Below are positions 1 through 9,528 of a stretch of 64,000 nt of DNA, piece after piece (the stretch's first letter is position 1; the number at the start of each line of letters is the position of its first letter). The stretch is from a virus (Duplodnaviria; Heunggongvirae; Uroviricota; Caudoviricetes): positions 1 to 64,000 of IMG/VR virus record IMGVR_UViG_3300028920_001945. The stretch is one strand, 5' to 3'. The position numbers and the translations under genes are program-made. The notes under the pieces are model-generated. The model saw nothing but the letters and a program-made list of their open reading frames with translations, was not told the DNA's origin and ran no database searches.

Positions 1-2
1 TA

Positions 3-167
3 GTTGCTATAAAAGATGATGAATATCATTTTAACTTTATAGCAAAGTATAGTAGTTATGAACATAATATAAATAAACAGTTTTATATGCATGAACATGA
101 AATAAATGGAGATAGGTTTAAGGTTAACCCTATAAATAAGGATAGAGTTATGGTGGCTACATTATGA
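3..167 (+). CDS. hypothetical protein, C-terminal fragment (gene begins upstream of window)
   Basis: Open frame from window edge to TGA at 165-167, overlapping the next ATG (ATGA). Ends ...VMVATL like several neighbours. Confidence 0.4.
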   Translation, partial: VAIKDDEYHFNFIAKYSSYEHNINKQFYMHEHEINGDRFKVNPINKDRVMVATL

Positions 168-565
168 AAAAGAAATTAGGAGAAATATCAATAATAGACC
201 ACAATACAGGAGATATATTGGATACCCTTACAGTTTGGGGAACATTATTCAAAGGAGAAAATTCAAAGTATGTTACAGGTGGAATTTATGTATCCTTTAA
301 ACCAGAAAATATAGATACTGAATTTCCTTTAATTAAAAAACTTATGGATAAACATAATGGATTAAGATTAAAATTTAATTCAGAATTCTGGGGAGAATAC
401 TACAATCTGGGAACATATGGTAATCCAAAATATACAGATTTTGAGCAGATTATAAGAGCAATAAAACAAGTTAATTGTTACTCCTTTGATAAATATGATG
501 TTCAGGTTAAGATACAACATAACTTTCAATATGTAGTAGATGCAAATATTGTGGAGAAGATATAA
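164..565 (+). CDS. hypothetical protein
   Basis: 133-aa ORF on the coding strand of the operon. No recognisable motifs. Confidence 0.5.
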   Translation: MKKKLGEISIIDHNTGDILDTLTVWGTLFKGENSKYVTGGIYVSFKPENIDTEFPLIKKLMDKHNGLRLKFNSEFWGEYYNLGTYGNPKYTDFEQIIRAIKQVNCYSFDKYDVQVKIQHNFQYVVDANIVEKI

Positions 566-850
566 ATGGATAGACATTTATGTGAGGAAATGGAAGATTT
601 AATAATGGAATATCATTCAGATAAATATTATGTTTTAAATTATGGATATTATCTTCATGTCTTTACTAATAGTGGGGATAATATGATTATGGTATTACAT
701 GGATATGAAACAGAATATGAGCCTTATGAATTAAAGTTAATAAAGGTAGATGATGATACAACAGTAATTAAACACTTCTATAGTAAAAGAGATTTAAAGA
801 ATTATATTAAAAATAAATTATCAGATGAATTAATGGTGTTGAAGCTATGA
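566..850 (+). CDS. hypothetical protein
   Basis: 94-aa ORF. Stop overlaps the next start (ATGA). C-terminal MVLKL tail. Confidence 0.5.
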   Translation: MDRHLCEEMEDLIMEYHSDKYYVLNYGYYLHVFTNSGDNMIMVLHGYETEYEPYELKLIKVDDDTTVIKHFYSKRDLKNYIKNKLSDELMVLKL

Positions 851-1092
851 CATCCATGAAGGAAGGTAAGTATTATAGATACTTTGATGATCAGAAGAAC
901 GAATTCACTATAATAAAGATAACCTGTAAGAAATATCAACCAGATGGTTGTATGTATGGGGTAAGTTTAAAATACAAATTATTCTGTAAACCTATTGTCG
1001 GTAATGTTGGATTAATTTATACAAGTAAATATTATTGGGATAAATATTCAAGAGAGTTAGATGAAGAACAAGCATTTGTGGAGTGTATCTAA
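847..1092 (+). CDS. hypothetical protein
   Basis: 81-aa ORF, translationally coupled to its neighbours. Confidence 0.5.
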   Translation: MTSMKEGKYYRYFDDQKNEFTIIKITCKKYQPDGCMYGVSLKYKLFCKPIVGNVGLIYTSKYYWDKYSRELDEEQAFVECI

Positions 1093-1511
1093 TGGGAATG
1101 TATAGTTATATTCAATATGAAGATTTATCAGTATATAATCCAGATGAATTAATAAAGTGGATAAAAATAAGAGAAGGAAAAGGAAGTTGCTATTGGGAAG
1201 CAGTAGATATTTCTAAAGAAGGATATATAAGTCTTGAAGGATTATCTGGATTTAAAATAATAAGTTATTGGTATCCAGAATTTATACAATTCTTAACAGA
1301 GATTGCTTTATTTGTAAGAGGAAGTATATGCTTTCTATATGAAACTGCAGAAGAAATGGCTACAATCCATTTTGAAAATGGAACATATTATATTGATATG
1401 GGAGAAATGCACTACACTAAATTCACTGCAACTGAAGTAGAAGATATACATGGAATAAAAACTAATTTATCACAGAAATTAATAGATTTAGTTATGGTAG
1501 GAAATTTATGA
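1083..1511 (+). CDS. hypothetical protein
   Basis: 142-aa ORF, coupled start and stop. Confidence 0.5.
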   Translation: MYLMGMYSYIQYEDLSVYNPDELIKWIKIREGKGSCYWEAVDISKEGYISLEGLSGFKIISYWYPEFIQFLTEIALFVRGSICFLYETAEEMATIHFENGTYYIDMGEMHYTKFTATEVEDIHGIKTNLSQKLIDLVMVGNL

Positions 1512-1729
1512 AGATAGATTTATCTAAATATAGAAAATTAAGATATGCTGTAGTCAATTTAGAAGATGGTTCATTTGCAGATGCAGGAACTGTATGTATA
1601 ATTTTAGGATTAGATGAGGATTATATGACAGTATTATCTCCCATTAATGATAAGGATACAATAATTCATTGTATGGAAGATGGATTAGACCCTGTAACAA
1701 AAGATGATATAATGGTGGAGATTTTATGA
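1508..1729 (+). CDS. hypothetical protein
   Basis: 73-aa ORF, coupled start and stop. Confidence 0.5.
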   Translation: MKIDLSKYRKLRYAVVNLEDGSFADAGTVCIILGLDEDYMTVLSPINDKDTIIHCMEDGLDPVTKDDIMVEIL

Positions 1730-2874
1730 GTTGTCCATTTGATTTAAGAAATAAGAAACAGATAATTAAGTTTGAAGAGATAGACCCTTATAATCCACAA
1801 AATACTGTAAGAGGATATATTAATAGAAGACAAGGTCAATTATATGGTGCATTATATATAACTCATGTTAATGGTAAAAGAAAATATCAACTAATATATT
1901 CAGCACCTAAACAACATTATCCATTTGATAAAAGTATAAAGGAAGAGAAGGTATTTAAATTTCCAGAATATGATAATATAGAACTCTATGAAAAGTTAGA
2001 TGGAACCTGTATCATAAGTTACCGATATACTGATGGAAAAGAATGGTTCTATACATATAAGACTAGATTAAGACCTTTTTTAGGAACTAGCAAATATGGA
2101 AACTTCTTTCAATTATGGAATGAAATATTAGATAAATATCCCATTATAGATAAAGAGCATAGAGAAACTGGAGATTATAACTATGTATATGAATTATATG
2201 GTAAGAGAAATAAAATACTAATAGATTATGATGTACCACTAGATACTAAACTCATATTTATAATAGATGGAAATGGAAATATAATTTCTCCAGATGATAC
2301 TGAAGGAGTTGAAGTTCCTAAATTAATAAGTTCACTCCAAAATATCCCATTAATTAATGATAGGTTAGATGAATGTTATAATGACTATCAAACCTTATTG
2401 GAAACCAATTTGCAAATAGATGAAGAAAACCATATAATGAAAGGTAAAGAGGGATTAGTATGGTATTTTATAAAAGATGGATATGCAGTTCAAATAAAAT
2501 GTAAACCTCCCAGTGTTCTTAAATATCATTGGAGTGGAGATGCAATACCATATGAATCTGTATATACTACTGTTATTAATGCATTTGAGAATTTTGATGA
2601 ACCAACTTATGATGATGTAGTGGAATTATTATTAGAAGAGTTTGAGCAAGGAAAAATAGATAAGTCAAGAACCAGAATAGAAAAATCGTTAGGTAAAATA
2701 TTATTTGATAAAAAGTTTTCATCTAAATTAGAAATAGATTATAGAGAACAAGGATTTGATATTAATAAGGATAAAGTAACTTGTATGAGATGGTTTGGAC
2801 AAAACTATCCAAGATCAGAAGCTAAAAGAATATATCAATTACTAATGAGATATGAAGAGAGGAAAAATATATGA
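1726..2874 (+). CDS. ATP-dependent RNA/DNA ligase-like covalent nucleotidyltransferase (Rnl2-like)
   Basis: Motif I KLDGT (EKLDGTCII), motif III-like YVYELYGK, motif IV EGLVWYF, motif V KCK, all in ligase order. 382 aa. Confidence 0.5.
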   Translation: MSCPFDLRNKKQIIKFEEIDPYNPQNTVRGYINRRQGQLYGALYITHVNGKRKYQLIYSAPKQHYPFDKSIKEEKVFKFPEYDNIELYEKLDGTCIISYRYTDGKEWFYTYKTRLRPFLGTSKYGNFFQLWNEILDKYPIIDKEHRETGDYNYVYELYGKRNKILIDYDVPLDTKLIFIIDGNGNIISPDDTEGVEVPKLISSLQNIPLINDRLDECYNDYQTLLETNLQIDEENHIMKGKEGLVWYFIKDGYAVQIKCKPPSVLKYHWSGDAIPYESVYTTVINAFENFDEPTYDDVVELLLEEFEQGKIDKSRTRIEKSLGKILFDKKFSSKLEIDYREQGFDINKDKVTCMRWFGQNYPRSEAKRIYQLLMRYEERKNI

Positions 2875-3026
2875 AAACCTATAGAGTAGTGATACCATAT
2901 TATTATGAATTTGAAGTAGAAGCAGAATATTATAATCATGCCATAGAAGTAGCCCATTCAGAAGGTAATGGTAAAATAATATCTTATGATGATGATGGAG
3001 CAATAGTTGAGGAAATAAATGAGTAA
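2871..3026 (+). CDS. small hypothetical protein (51 aa), absent from the ORF track
   Basis: ATG at 2871 overlaps the upstream stop (ATATGA). Uninterrupted frame to TAA at 3024-3026. Confidence 0.35.
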   Translation: MKTYRVVIPYYYEFEVEAEYYNHAIEVAHSEGNGKIISYDDDGAIVEEINE

Positions 3027-3183
3027 TGATTCTAAGTTGGGATTATTAATCTCGCTAAGTAGTATAGTTATTACATTAGGAATATTAATTGCCTTTTTTG
3101 TGTCAGATATAGTTGGTATTATAATGTTTATTAGTGGATTGGCATCATCATCATTATGTGTAGAATATTATTGAGGAATTAAT

Positions 3184-3801
3184 ATGAAAGTATTTTTTAC
3201 AGCAGATACTCATTTTAATCATGCAAATATAATTAAGTATTGTAATAGACCCTTTTATAAAGAAGAAGATTTTTTAGGAAGTGGAGAATTATCCAGAAAG
3301 CCATGGAAGTCGGAAAAAATAAAATCAGATAGATGTTATTATATGGATAGTATTTTAATAAAAAACTGGAATAACATTGTATCACCAGATGATATAGTAT
3401 ATCACTTGGGAGATTTTGGATTCTTAAATACAGAAGAATTTATTGAATATCTTAATAAATTAAATGGTCATATAGTATTAATTAAAGGCAATCATGATGA
3501 TAAGAATAAGGTGAAGACTTATCTTGATAAAGCTATGATGTCATTTGGTGGTAAAGAAGTGTTTGCACAACATCATCCTCCAGAGGAAATTCCAATCTGT
3601 GACTTTGTTATTTGTGGACATATACATAATAACTGGAAGTTTAAGATTCATAAGCAGAATCCCAGTATTCCTATCATTAATGTAGGAGTAGATGTTAATC
3701 AATATGCTCCTGTATCTACAAATTCTGTATTAAGACAGTATAGAGAAATTAAGGGAAAATATTGTAGATTAAATAAATATGGAGAGTTTAAGGAAATTTA
3801 A
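3184..3801 (+). CDS. calcineurin-like metallophosphoesterase
   Basis: Motifs DTHFNH (DxH), GDFG (GDxx) and GNHD (GNH[DE]) in canonical order. 205 aa. Confidence 0.8.
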   Translation: MKVFFTADTHFNHANIIKYCNRPFYKEEDFLGSGELSRKPWKSEKIKSDRCYYMDSILIKNWNNIVSPDDIVYHLGDFGFLNTEEFIEYLNKLNGHIVLIKGNHDDKNKVKTYLDKAMMSFGGKEVFAQHHPPEEIPICDFVICGHIHNNWKFKIHKQNPSIPIINVGVDVNQYAPVSTNSVLRQYREIKGKYCRLNKYGEFKEI

Positions 3802-4171
3802 AGGAGTTCACTAAATAGTGAAACATTCGGTAAATGGTGAAAGTTATGAAAGGATGTATAAAGGAATTAGAAAGACTAATAGAACATCACTCCAAAGAAG
3901 ACAATGAATATTGTATAGGAGTTATAGATGGTTTGGAAATGGCTCTAGAGATAATAAAGAATAAGGAATTCTATGGTGATTGAATGAGTTATAGTATAGG
4001 AATAAGATTCCATAAGAAAGATGAAATGGACTATTGTGACATATGTGGTTTAGTATCAGATGTTGTTGAATCAGATATATTTGATAATGGTAATTCTTCA
4101 AATACAAGAGTTAAATTTTGTAGGTCTTGTTTAAGGTCATTAGATATGTTATTTGATTAAGGAGATATAAA

Positions 4172-4408
4172 ATGACAGAATATTATGAGTGTGATTGTGG
4201 ATGTACAATCCTAAGAGTAGAGTATGATGATGAGATTGGAGAATTTTATTTCTCTACTTATAGAGGTAAGGGAGATAAACTTCCTTGGTTGTATAGAATA
4301 AAGGCAATCTTACATATAATTAAATACGGAGAACCTTATGGAGATGAGGTTGTTCTTAATAAAGATACTGCTAAAAGATTAGTTAAATATATAAAGGAGA
4401 GTATTTGA
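4172..4408 (+). CDS. hypothetical protein (CxxC near N-terminus)
   Basis: 78-aa ORF with an SD-like GGAG upstream. Confidence 0.45.
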   Translation: MTEYYECDCGCTILRVEYDDEIGEFYFSTYRGKGDKLPWLYRIKAILHIIKYGEPYGDEVVLNKDTAKRLVKYIKESI

Positions 4409-4717
4409 ATGGGAACAGAAATAATATCTTATGAGGACTTAGAAGATTTAACTTATGATGGTAATATAAATATTCTACTTAAAAGATTCTATGGTGGAAA
4501 GGATAGAGGAACTTGCTATAGTATAACCTTTAGGAACTCTGCAAAGGACTACATAGAAATAACAGAAGATGAATTTATGTATCTTATATATAAAAGATTA
4601 AGGCAAGATTATGATGAGATACAAAATAAGGATACATTATATGATGGTCACATTAGATATATAAAAGCCATTAAACCATTAATGGACTATTTAGAAAAGA
4701 AGAATAACTGGAAATAA
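4409..4717 (+). CDS. hypothetical protein
   Basis: 102-aa ORF, coupled to the upstream stop. Confidence 0.45.
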   Translation: MGTEIISYEDLEDLTYDGNINILLKRFYGGKDRGTCYSITFRNSAKDYIEITEDEFMYLIYKRLRQDYDEIQNKDTLYDGHIRYIKAIKPLMDYLEKKNNWK

Positions 4718-4773
4718 ATACATAGCAATAACTTATAGTATTTAAATGTTTGCTTAGTATATGAGGTAAGAGA

Positions 4774-5052
4774 ATGAAAAGTGATAGATTTTTATGGGAG
4801 ATAGTAATGGCTATCTATAGAGATATGTATAGTGAGGCTACTCCAAAAGCAGATATAGATTATTTAATAAAAAAGAAAGTAACTAAAAAAGATAATTGGT
4901 TTATGGATTATTATCTACCTCAAAAAAGACAACAAGAAATATTTAATTATTGGGTAGGTAAATTTAAATGTACCACAAGAGAGATAAGTAAAATAAGTAT
5001 GGAAGTGTGGTTAGGAGCAGCTCCAAGAGGCTGTAGGAGGAAAAAGATATGA
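4774..5052 (+). CDS. hypothetical protein
   Basis: 92-aa ORF. Confidence 0.45.
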   Translation: MKSDRFLWEIVMAIYRDMYSEATPKADIDYLIKKKVTKKDNWFMDYYLPQKRQQEIFNYWVGKFKCTTREISKISMEVWLGAAPRGCRRKKI

Positions 5053-5294
5053 GTATAAAATTAGGAGATAAAGTAAAGGATAAGGTAACTGGATTTACTG
5101 GAATAGCCATAAGTAGAATAGAATTTTTAAATGGTTGTACTCAGATACAAATCCAACCCCAAAAACTTAAAGATGGAAGACCGATTGAAAGTGAATACTT
5201 TGATATACAACAGATAGAAAAAATAGAAGAGCCAAAGCCAAAAGTTAAAAAAGAAAATACTGGCGGTGGATATAGGAAATACCCAAACAAGTAA
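5049..5294 (+). CDS. hypothetical protein
   Basis: 81-aa ORF with an ATGA overlap. Confidence 0.45.
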   Translation: MSIKLGDKVKDKVTGFTGIAISRIEFLNGCTQIQIQPQKLKDGRPIESEYFDIQQIEKIEEPKPKVKKENTGGGYRKYPNK

Positions 5295-5389
5295 GTGATA
5301 ATATGGAATGGCATTATGGTATAGATTGTTTAGGTAATCTCTTTAGATACAATGATGACTTTGAGTGGGAAATATTATAGGAGTATATC

Positions 5390-5575
5390 ATGCAGAAGGA
5401 ACATGCTATAATAGAAGCAAAGAAGGATAGAAAATGTTATCTCTGTAAAGAAAAAATTAAGAAAGGGGAGAGATGTTTAGGGATAAAAAGTTTAAGTTAT
5501 GGAAGATATGCTGGTTGTCACTTTAAACATTTTACCAGAGAATATTTAGATAACCTAATGGTGGAAAATATATGA
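5390..5575 (+). CDS. hypothetical Cys-rich small protein
   Basis: 61 aa with CYLC...C...C motifs. Ends LMVENI. Confidence 0.4.
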   Translation: MQKEHAIIEAKKDRKCYLCKEKIKKGERCLGIKSLSYGRYAGCHFKHFTREYLDNLMVENI

Positions 5576-5753
5576 GGGATAAAGATTATTGGAGAGAAGA
5601 AATTAGAAATATGAGAATGTTGGAATTCTCAGCATTACTAAGAGCAATAACTGAACATAATCAAGAGATGATAGATAATGCTATGGTAGATAATATATGA
5701 AAAAGAAAATACCAAAAATAATTGAAATAATATTTGTACAGGAGATGTGATAA

Positions 5754-5948
5754 ATGTATTATTGTCCAGAATGTAATAGTGATAATGTATTTCTAGATAG
5801 TGAATCAGAAGTAAAACAATTTGATGAATGGTCATGGCAAGATGTATCAATCTGGAAATGTGAAGATTGTGGTTGTGTATTTGAAAAGATAGAAAGAACT
5901 GACGTTGAATTAGAAGTAATAGAACATGGAGAAGAATATGGAGATTAG
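5754..5948 (+). CDS. zinc-ribbon mini-protein (CPECNSD...CEDCGC)
   Basis: Two CxxC pairs. The overlapping minus-strand ORF 5638-6069 is low-complexity and rejected. Confidence 0.45.
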   Translation: MYYCPECNSDNVFLDSESEVKQFDEWSWQDVSIWKCEDCGCVFEKIERTDVELEVIEHGEEYGD

Positions 5949-6131
5949 AATAATAATACCAAATAAAATATATGACTATCATGAAAAGGAAATAGAAAGA
6001 CTCCTTGATTATATGAATGAGGAATTTGGTCTTATACACAATAGTATATTTGTAATTCAGGGAGAACAACTATCAGAAGATGATATAGAAGAAGAAAAAA
6101 GATAAACTTAAAGAATTATGGAATGAGGTAA

Positions 6132-6569
6132 ATGGGAAAGATAAATAAAGGAGTAATGTCCAGTAACTCAAATGAATGGGAAACTCCAGATGACTTATTT
6201 AAGCATTATGATAAATTATTTAATTTTAAGTTGGATGTATGTGCTAGTGATAAGAATTATAAATGTTTAAATTATTATGATAAAGAAAAAGATGGACTTA
6301 AACAAGATTGGACTGAGAGAAATTGGATGAATCCTCCATATGGATCAGGTATATATAATTGGGTTAAGAAAGCATATGAGGAATCTTTAAAAGGAAATTT
6401 AACTGTTTGCTTACTACCAGCAAGAACAGATACGAAATGGTGGCAAGAATTTGTAATGAAAGCTGACCATATTCTATTTATAAAGGGAAGATTAAAATTT
6501 AGTCATCAGAAAGATTCTGCACCATTTCCATCTGCAATAGCAATATTTGGATTAGACTATAGGAGATAA
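6132..6569 (+). CDS. phage-type DNA N6-adenine methyltransferase (Dam family)
   Basis: EWETPDDLF...LDVCAS...NPPYG motif IV. 145 aa, typical of the short phage Dam family. Confidence 0.8.
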   Translation: MGKINKGVMSSNSNEWETPDDLFKHYDKLFNFKLDVCASDKNYKCLNYYDKEKDGLKQDWTERNWMNPPYGSGIYNWVKKAYEESLKGNLTVCLLPARTDTKWWQEFVMKADHILFIKGRLKFSHQKDSAPFPSAIAIFGLDYRR

Positions 6570-6570
6570 G

Positions 6571-6756
6571 ATGAGAATAGAAAAATATATATTCACTAAA
6601 GAAGAAATAAAAACTATGATGAAACATTATAAAAAGAATACACCAGAAGAGGCACTAGAGACATGGGCTTATATTAATTACCCATTGGCTAATGATTGTA
6701 GTTATTATATTAAAAGAATAGGAAAGACCTTTATAGAAATAGGAGAAATGGATTAA
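6571..6756 (+). CDS. hypothetical protein
   Basis: 61-aa ORF. Confidence 0.4.
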   Translation: MRIEKYIFTKEEIKTMMKHYKKNTPEEALETWAYINYPLANDCSYYIKRIGKTFIEIGEMD

Positions 6757-7016
6757 GATGGAAATAGATGAAGAAATGGAAGATGAACTATACAATTATA
6801 TTGTAGGAAGCAATCTGGAGTGGTCTTTGATAGACCAATGTCCTAATGAAGAATTAAAGAAAAAGTTTATGGTATGGTTTCAGTTGGATTGATTAAGATG
6901 GATATGGAAAGTAAGTTGTCATTAATAATTCAACTAAGAAAAAGATTTGAAGATTTAGAGAGAGATATAATAGCAGATATAGAAGCAATCTATGATATAG
7001 AAAAAGAGGAAAAATA

Positions 7017-7616
7017 ATGTATTTGAGTGATGGAAATCTTAGAATGAATATACCAACCTGGAGTATACCAGCAGAGATAACCTGTCCTAATGCTACTAGA
7101 GATTGTATGAATAATTGTTATGCCAAAAAGGCAGAAAGGATGTATAAGAATACAAGATTAAGTAGAACAAGAAATTTAAATGATAGTAAGAGAAAGGACT
7201 TTGTATCTAAAATGATAGGATTAATTAAAAAGAAAAAGTCTAAGTACATTAGGATACATGAATCTGGAGATTTCTATTCTCAAATATATTTAGATAAGTG
7301 GTTTGAGATATGTAAGAAGTTTCCTAAAAAGCAATTCTTAGCCTATACTCAGATGTATGATCTAGATTATTCTAAGAAACCAGAGAATCTCATTATATAT
7401 TGGAGTGTGTGGCCAGATAGCAAGAAAGTACCTAGAAAGGGTCTTAGAGCTACAGTAGTAGACGATGGTAGTGGAAGACTCAAGAGTAGAGATATGAGCT
7501 CTACGAGGCTAAAAACAGCCTTTAAATGCAAAAAAGGGCATGGTTCTAAACTAACCTGTGATAATTGTCTATATTGCTTTAAAGGAAAAGGAGATGTTAT
7601 ATTTAAGATACACTAA
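7017..7616 (+). CDS. hypothetical Cys-rich basic protein
   Basis: 199 aa with CPNATRDCMNNCYA near the N-terminus and CDNCLYC near the C-terminus. Possibly metal-binding. Confidence 0.5.
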   Translation: MYLSDGNLRMNIPTWSIPAEITCPNATRDCMNNCYAKKAERMYKNTRLSRTRNLNDSKRKDFVSKMIGLIKKKKSKYIRIHESGDFYSQIYLDKWFEICKKFPKKQFLAYTQMYDLDYSKKPENLIIYWSVWPDSKKVPRKGLRATVVDDGSGRLKSRDMSSTRLKTAFKCKKGHGSKLTCDNCLYCFKGKGDVIFKIH

Positions 7617-7619
7617 GCA

Positions 7620-7934
7620 GTGGTTGGTGTAATGAGAGGCATTGTAGTCTGTGGAGCTACAGGAGAAGGGTGCAAATCCCTCACCCTGCATTTAAGGAGT
7701 GAAATAAATATGGAAGCATATGATGTTATCGAATTGTCTCTCGGTGAGAAGACAGAAGGAGATAAAATTGTCTTCAAGAGTATAGAAGACATGGAGCAGG
7801 CGTATAAGGACATCGACAATGGCAAAAATATTTATGTCAGAAAAGATGGACTTGTAACTAAAATACTTAATCAGATGGTTACCAACAAAATATATGATGG
7901 TAGCATAAGATTAAGTGCAAAAACAGATGAATAA
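7620..7934 (+). CDS. hypothetical protein (true start possibly at ATG 7710)
   Basis: The 5' 90 nt form an anomalously GC-rich segment. An internal ATG at 7710 has an AAGGAG SD 9 nt upstream. Confidence 0.45.
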   Translation: MVGVMRGIVVCGATGEGCKSLTLHLRSEINMEAYDVIELSLGEKTEGDKIVFKSIEDMEQAYKDIDNGKNIYVRKDGLVTKILNQMVTNKIYDGSIRLSAKTDE

Positions 7935-7954
7935 ATAAAAAGGAGAAAGAAAAA

Positions 7955-9487
7955 ATGTTAGAAGGACTATTGTTACCACTAGCAATAATCTTGGGCATAG
8001 TAGCTTTTATAGTGATACTATTTAGTATCTACACTATATCACCAGCTAACTTTGCTCATGTAGTGGTACAAAGCAAAAAGACACGTGTGTTCTCCTCAGA
8101 TAAAAAACACAGTGGAGAAGGAGAATACTCAAGCGGTGGAAAAGCTGCATACTTTAAAATACCTGGATTTATTCCTGGAGTTGGTATGCACGTACATCCT
8201 ATGCCTCTGGAAATATTACCAATTAACGTTCCAGACTTTAAGGCATTCGATATAGATAGAGCAAGATTTCTATGTGACATTATGGCCTATGTAGCTATAA
8301 CTGATCCAGTAGTAGCTGCAAAAAGGTTTAATGGAGATATGAAAGAATTAGCTGAACAAGTATCTAAAGTAGTTCAAGCAACTACAAGGGATTCAACAAC
8401 CAAGAAAACTGTTCGTGAAATCATTAATGACAGAGAGGGAATAATAGCAGAAATTAAAAAGCCTCTACAAGATGCTATATCCAATTGGGGATTAGCTCTT
8501 AAAGATATTGAGTTAGTTGAATTTAAGGATGCTGATGGTACTCATGTAATTGCTGATATCTCTTCAATTATAGAAGAACAGATAAACTCTGAAGCAAGAC
8601 AAAAAAATGCAGAGCAAAGAAAAATGGCTCGATTAAAGGAAGCTATTGCTGATGAGTCAGCTCGTAAAAGAGAAATTGAGAGAGATGAAGAAGTTTCAAA
8701 AAGGGAACAACAGAGAGATAAACTTGTTGCAGAAAAAGAGAAGGAAGCAGTCAACCAAAAATTAGAGGTTGTTAAAGTAGAGAAAGTTAAGAACCAAGAA
8801 ATTGAAAAAGAGAAAGCAGCAGTTCTAGCAGAACAAGAAAAAGTAGTTGCAAGGATTGATGCAGAAAAGAGAAAGGATGTAGAAGAAATAAACAAAGAGC
8901 AAAAGAGATTAGAAGGAGAAGGAGATAAAATCAGAGAGTTTGAGAGAGCTAAAGGTAAAGCTGCACCCATAAGAGAAGTTGGTACAGCAGAAGCTGAGAT
9001 TATCTTAAAGAAACTTCAATCTGAAGCAAAGGGTAAAGATGACTTGCAGAAAGCTCTTAATCGATTTGGTGATGATGCAATAAGAGCATTGGTAGCTGAA
9101 TTGATAGTCAACAAGGACTTAGAAGTTGGTAAAGCATTAGCTAAAGCACTTGAATATGCAGACATGAAAGTGTTTGCTGGTAATGGTGCAAAGGATGGAT
9201 TTGATTTAGGTAAACTTATTGAGAGTATCAATGTAAGTTCACCAGATACATCAAGAGCTATTGTACATAAGATGGGCAAACCAAATGACCTTGGATTCGT
9301 AGAAGGTTTTGCAGTTGGTAAAGAGTTACCAAAGAAAACCAGAAAACCAAGCAATAACCAACCAAGTAAATCTCAAAATAAAACTAAGCCATCTATAACT
9401 AAGGGTGGATTAGAATCTTTAAGAGATTTAGAAACAACTAAAATGAAAATGGAACAGGCACAAAAGCAAATAAGGAAAGATAAGTAG
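7955..9487 (+). CDS. SPFH/band-7 (flotillin-like) membrane protein with long coiled-coil
   Basis: N-terminal TM helix, SPFH-like region, then an extended K/E-rich heptad coiled-coil and a flotillin-like EAEIILKK tail. 510 aa. Confidence 0.7.
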   Translation: MLEGLLLPLAIILGIVAFIVILFSIYTISPANFAHVVVQSKKTRVFSSDKKHSGEGEYSSGGKAAYFKIPGFIPGVGMHVHPMPLEILPINVPDFKAFDIDRARFLCDIMAYVAITDPVVAAKRFNGDMKELAEQVSKVVQATTRDSTTKKTVREIINDREGIIAEIKKPLQDAISNWGLALKDIELVEFKDADGTHVIADISSIIEEQINSEARQKNAEQRKMARLKEAIADESARKREIERDEEVSKREQQRDKLVAEKEKEAVNQKLEVVKVEKVKNQEIEKEKAAVLAEQEKVVARIDAEKRKDVEEINKEQKRLEGEGDKIREFERAKGKAAPIREVGTAEAEIILKKLQSEAKGKDDLQKALNRFGDDAIRALVAELIVNKDLEVGKALAKALEYADMKVFAGNGAKDGFDLGKLIESINVSSPDTSRAIVHKMGKPNDLGFVEGFAVGKELPKKTRKPSNNQPSKSQNKTKPSITKGGLESLRDLETTKMKMEQAQKQIRKDK

Positions 9488-9514
9488 AGGATTTACTCCT
9501 CTCCTTATTTTTTT
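9486..9514 (+). terminator. intrinsic terminator
   Basis: Stem AGAGGA/TCCTCT with loop TTTAC, followed by CCTTATTTTTTT, directly after the SPFH stop. Confidence 0.6.
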
Positions 9515-9528
9515 GGAGTGTGTAAAAT

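Noticed and set aside
5638-6069. 143-aa minus-strand ORF overlapping several + strand genes
   Set aside because: Low-complexity I/L/Y/H-rich translation of the AT-rich antisense strand. It interrupts a coherent + strand operon and has no SD or motif support.
8542-9354. Two minus-strand ORFs (142 and 112 aa) inside the SPFH gene
   Set aside because: Ser/Leu/Phe-rich mirror image of the K/E-rich coiled-coil coding region on the + strand. This is a typical antisense artefact.
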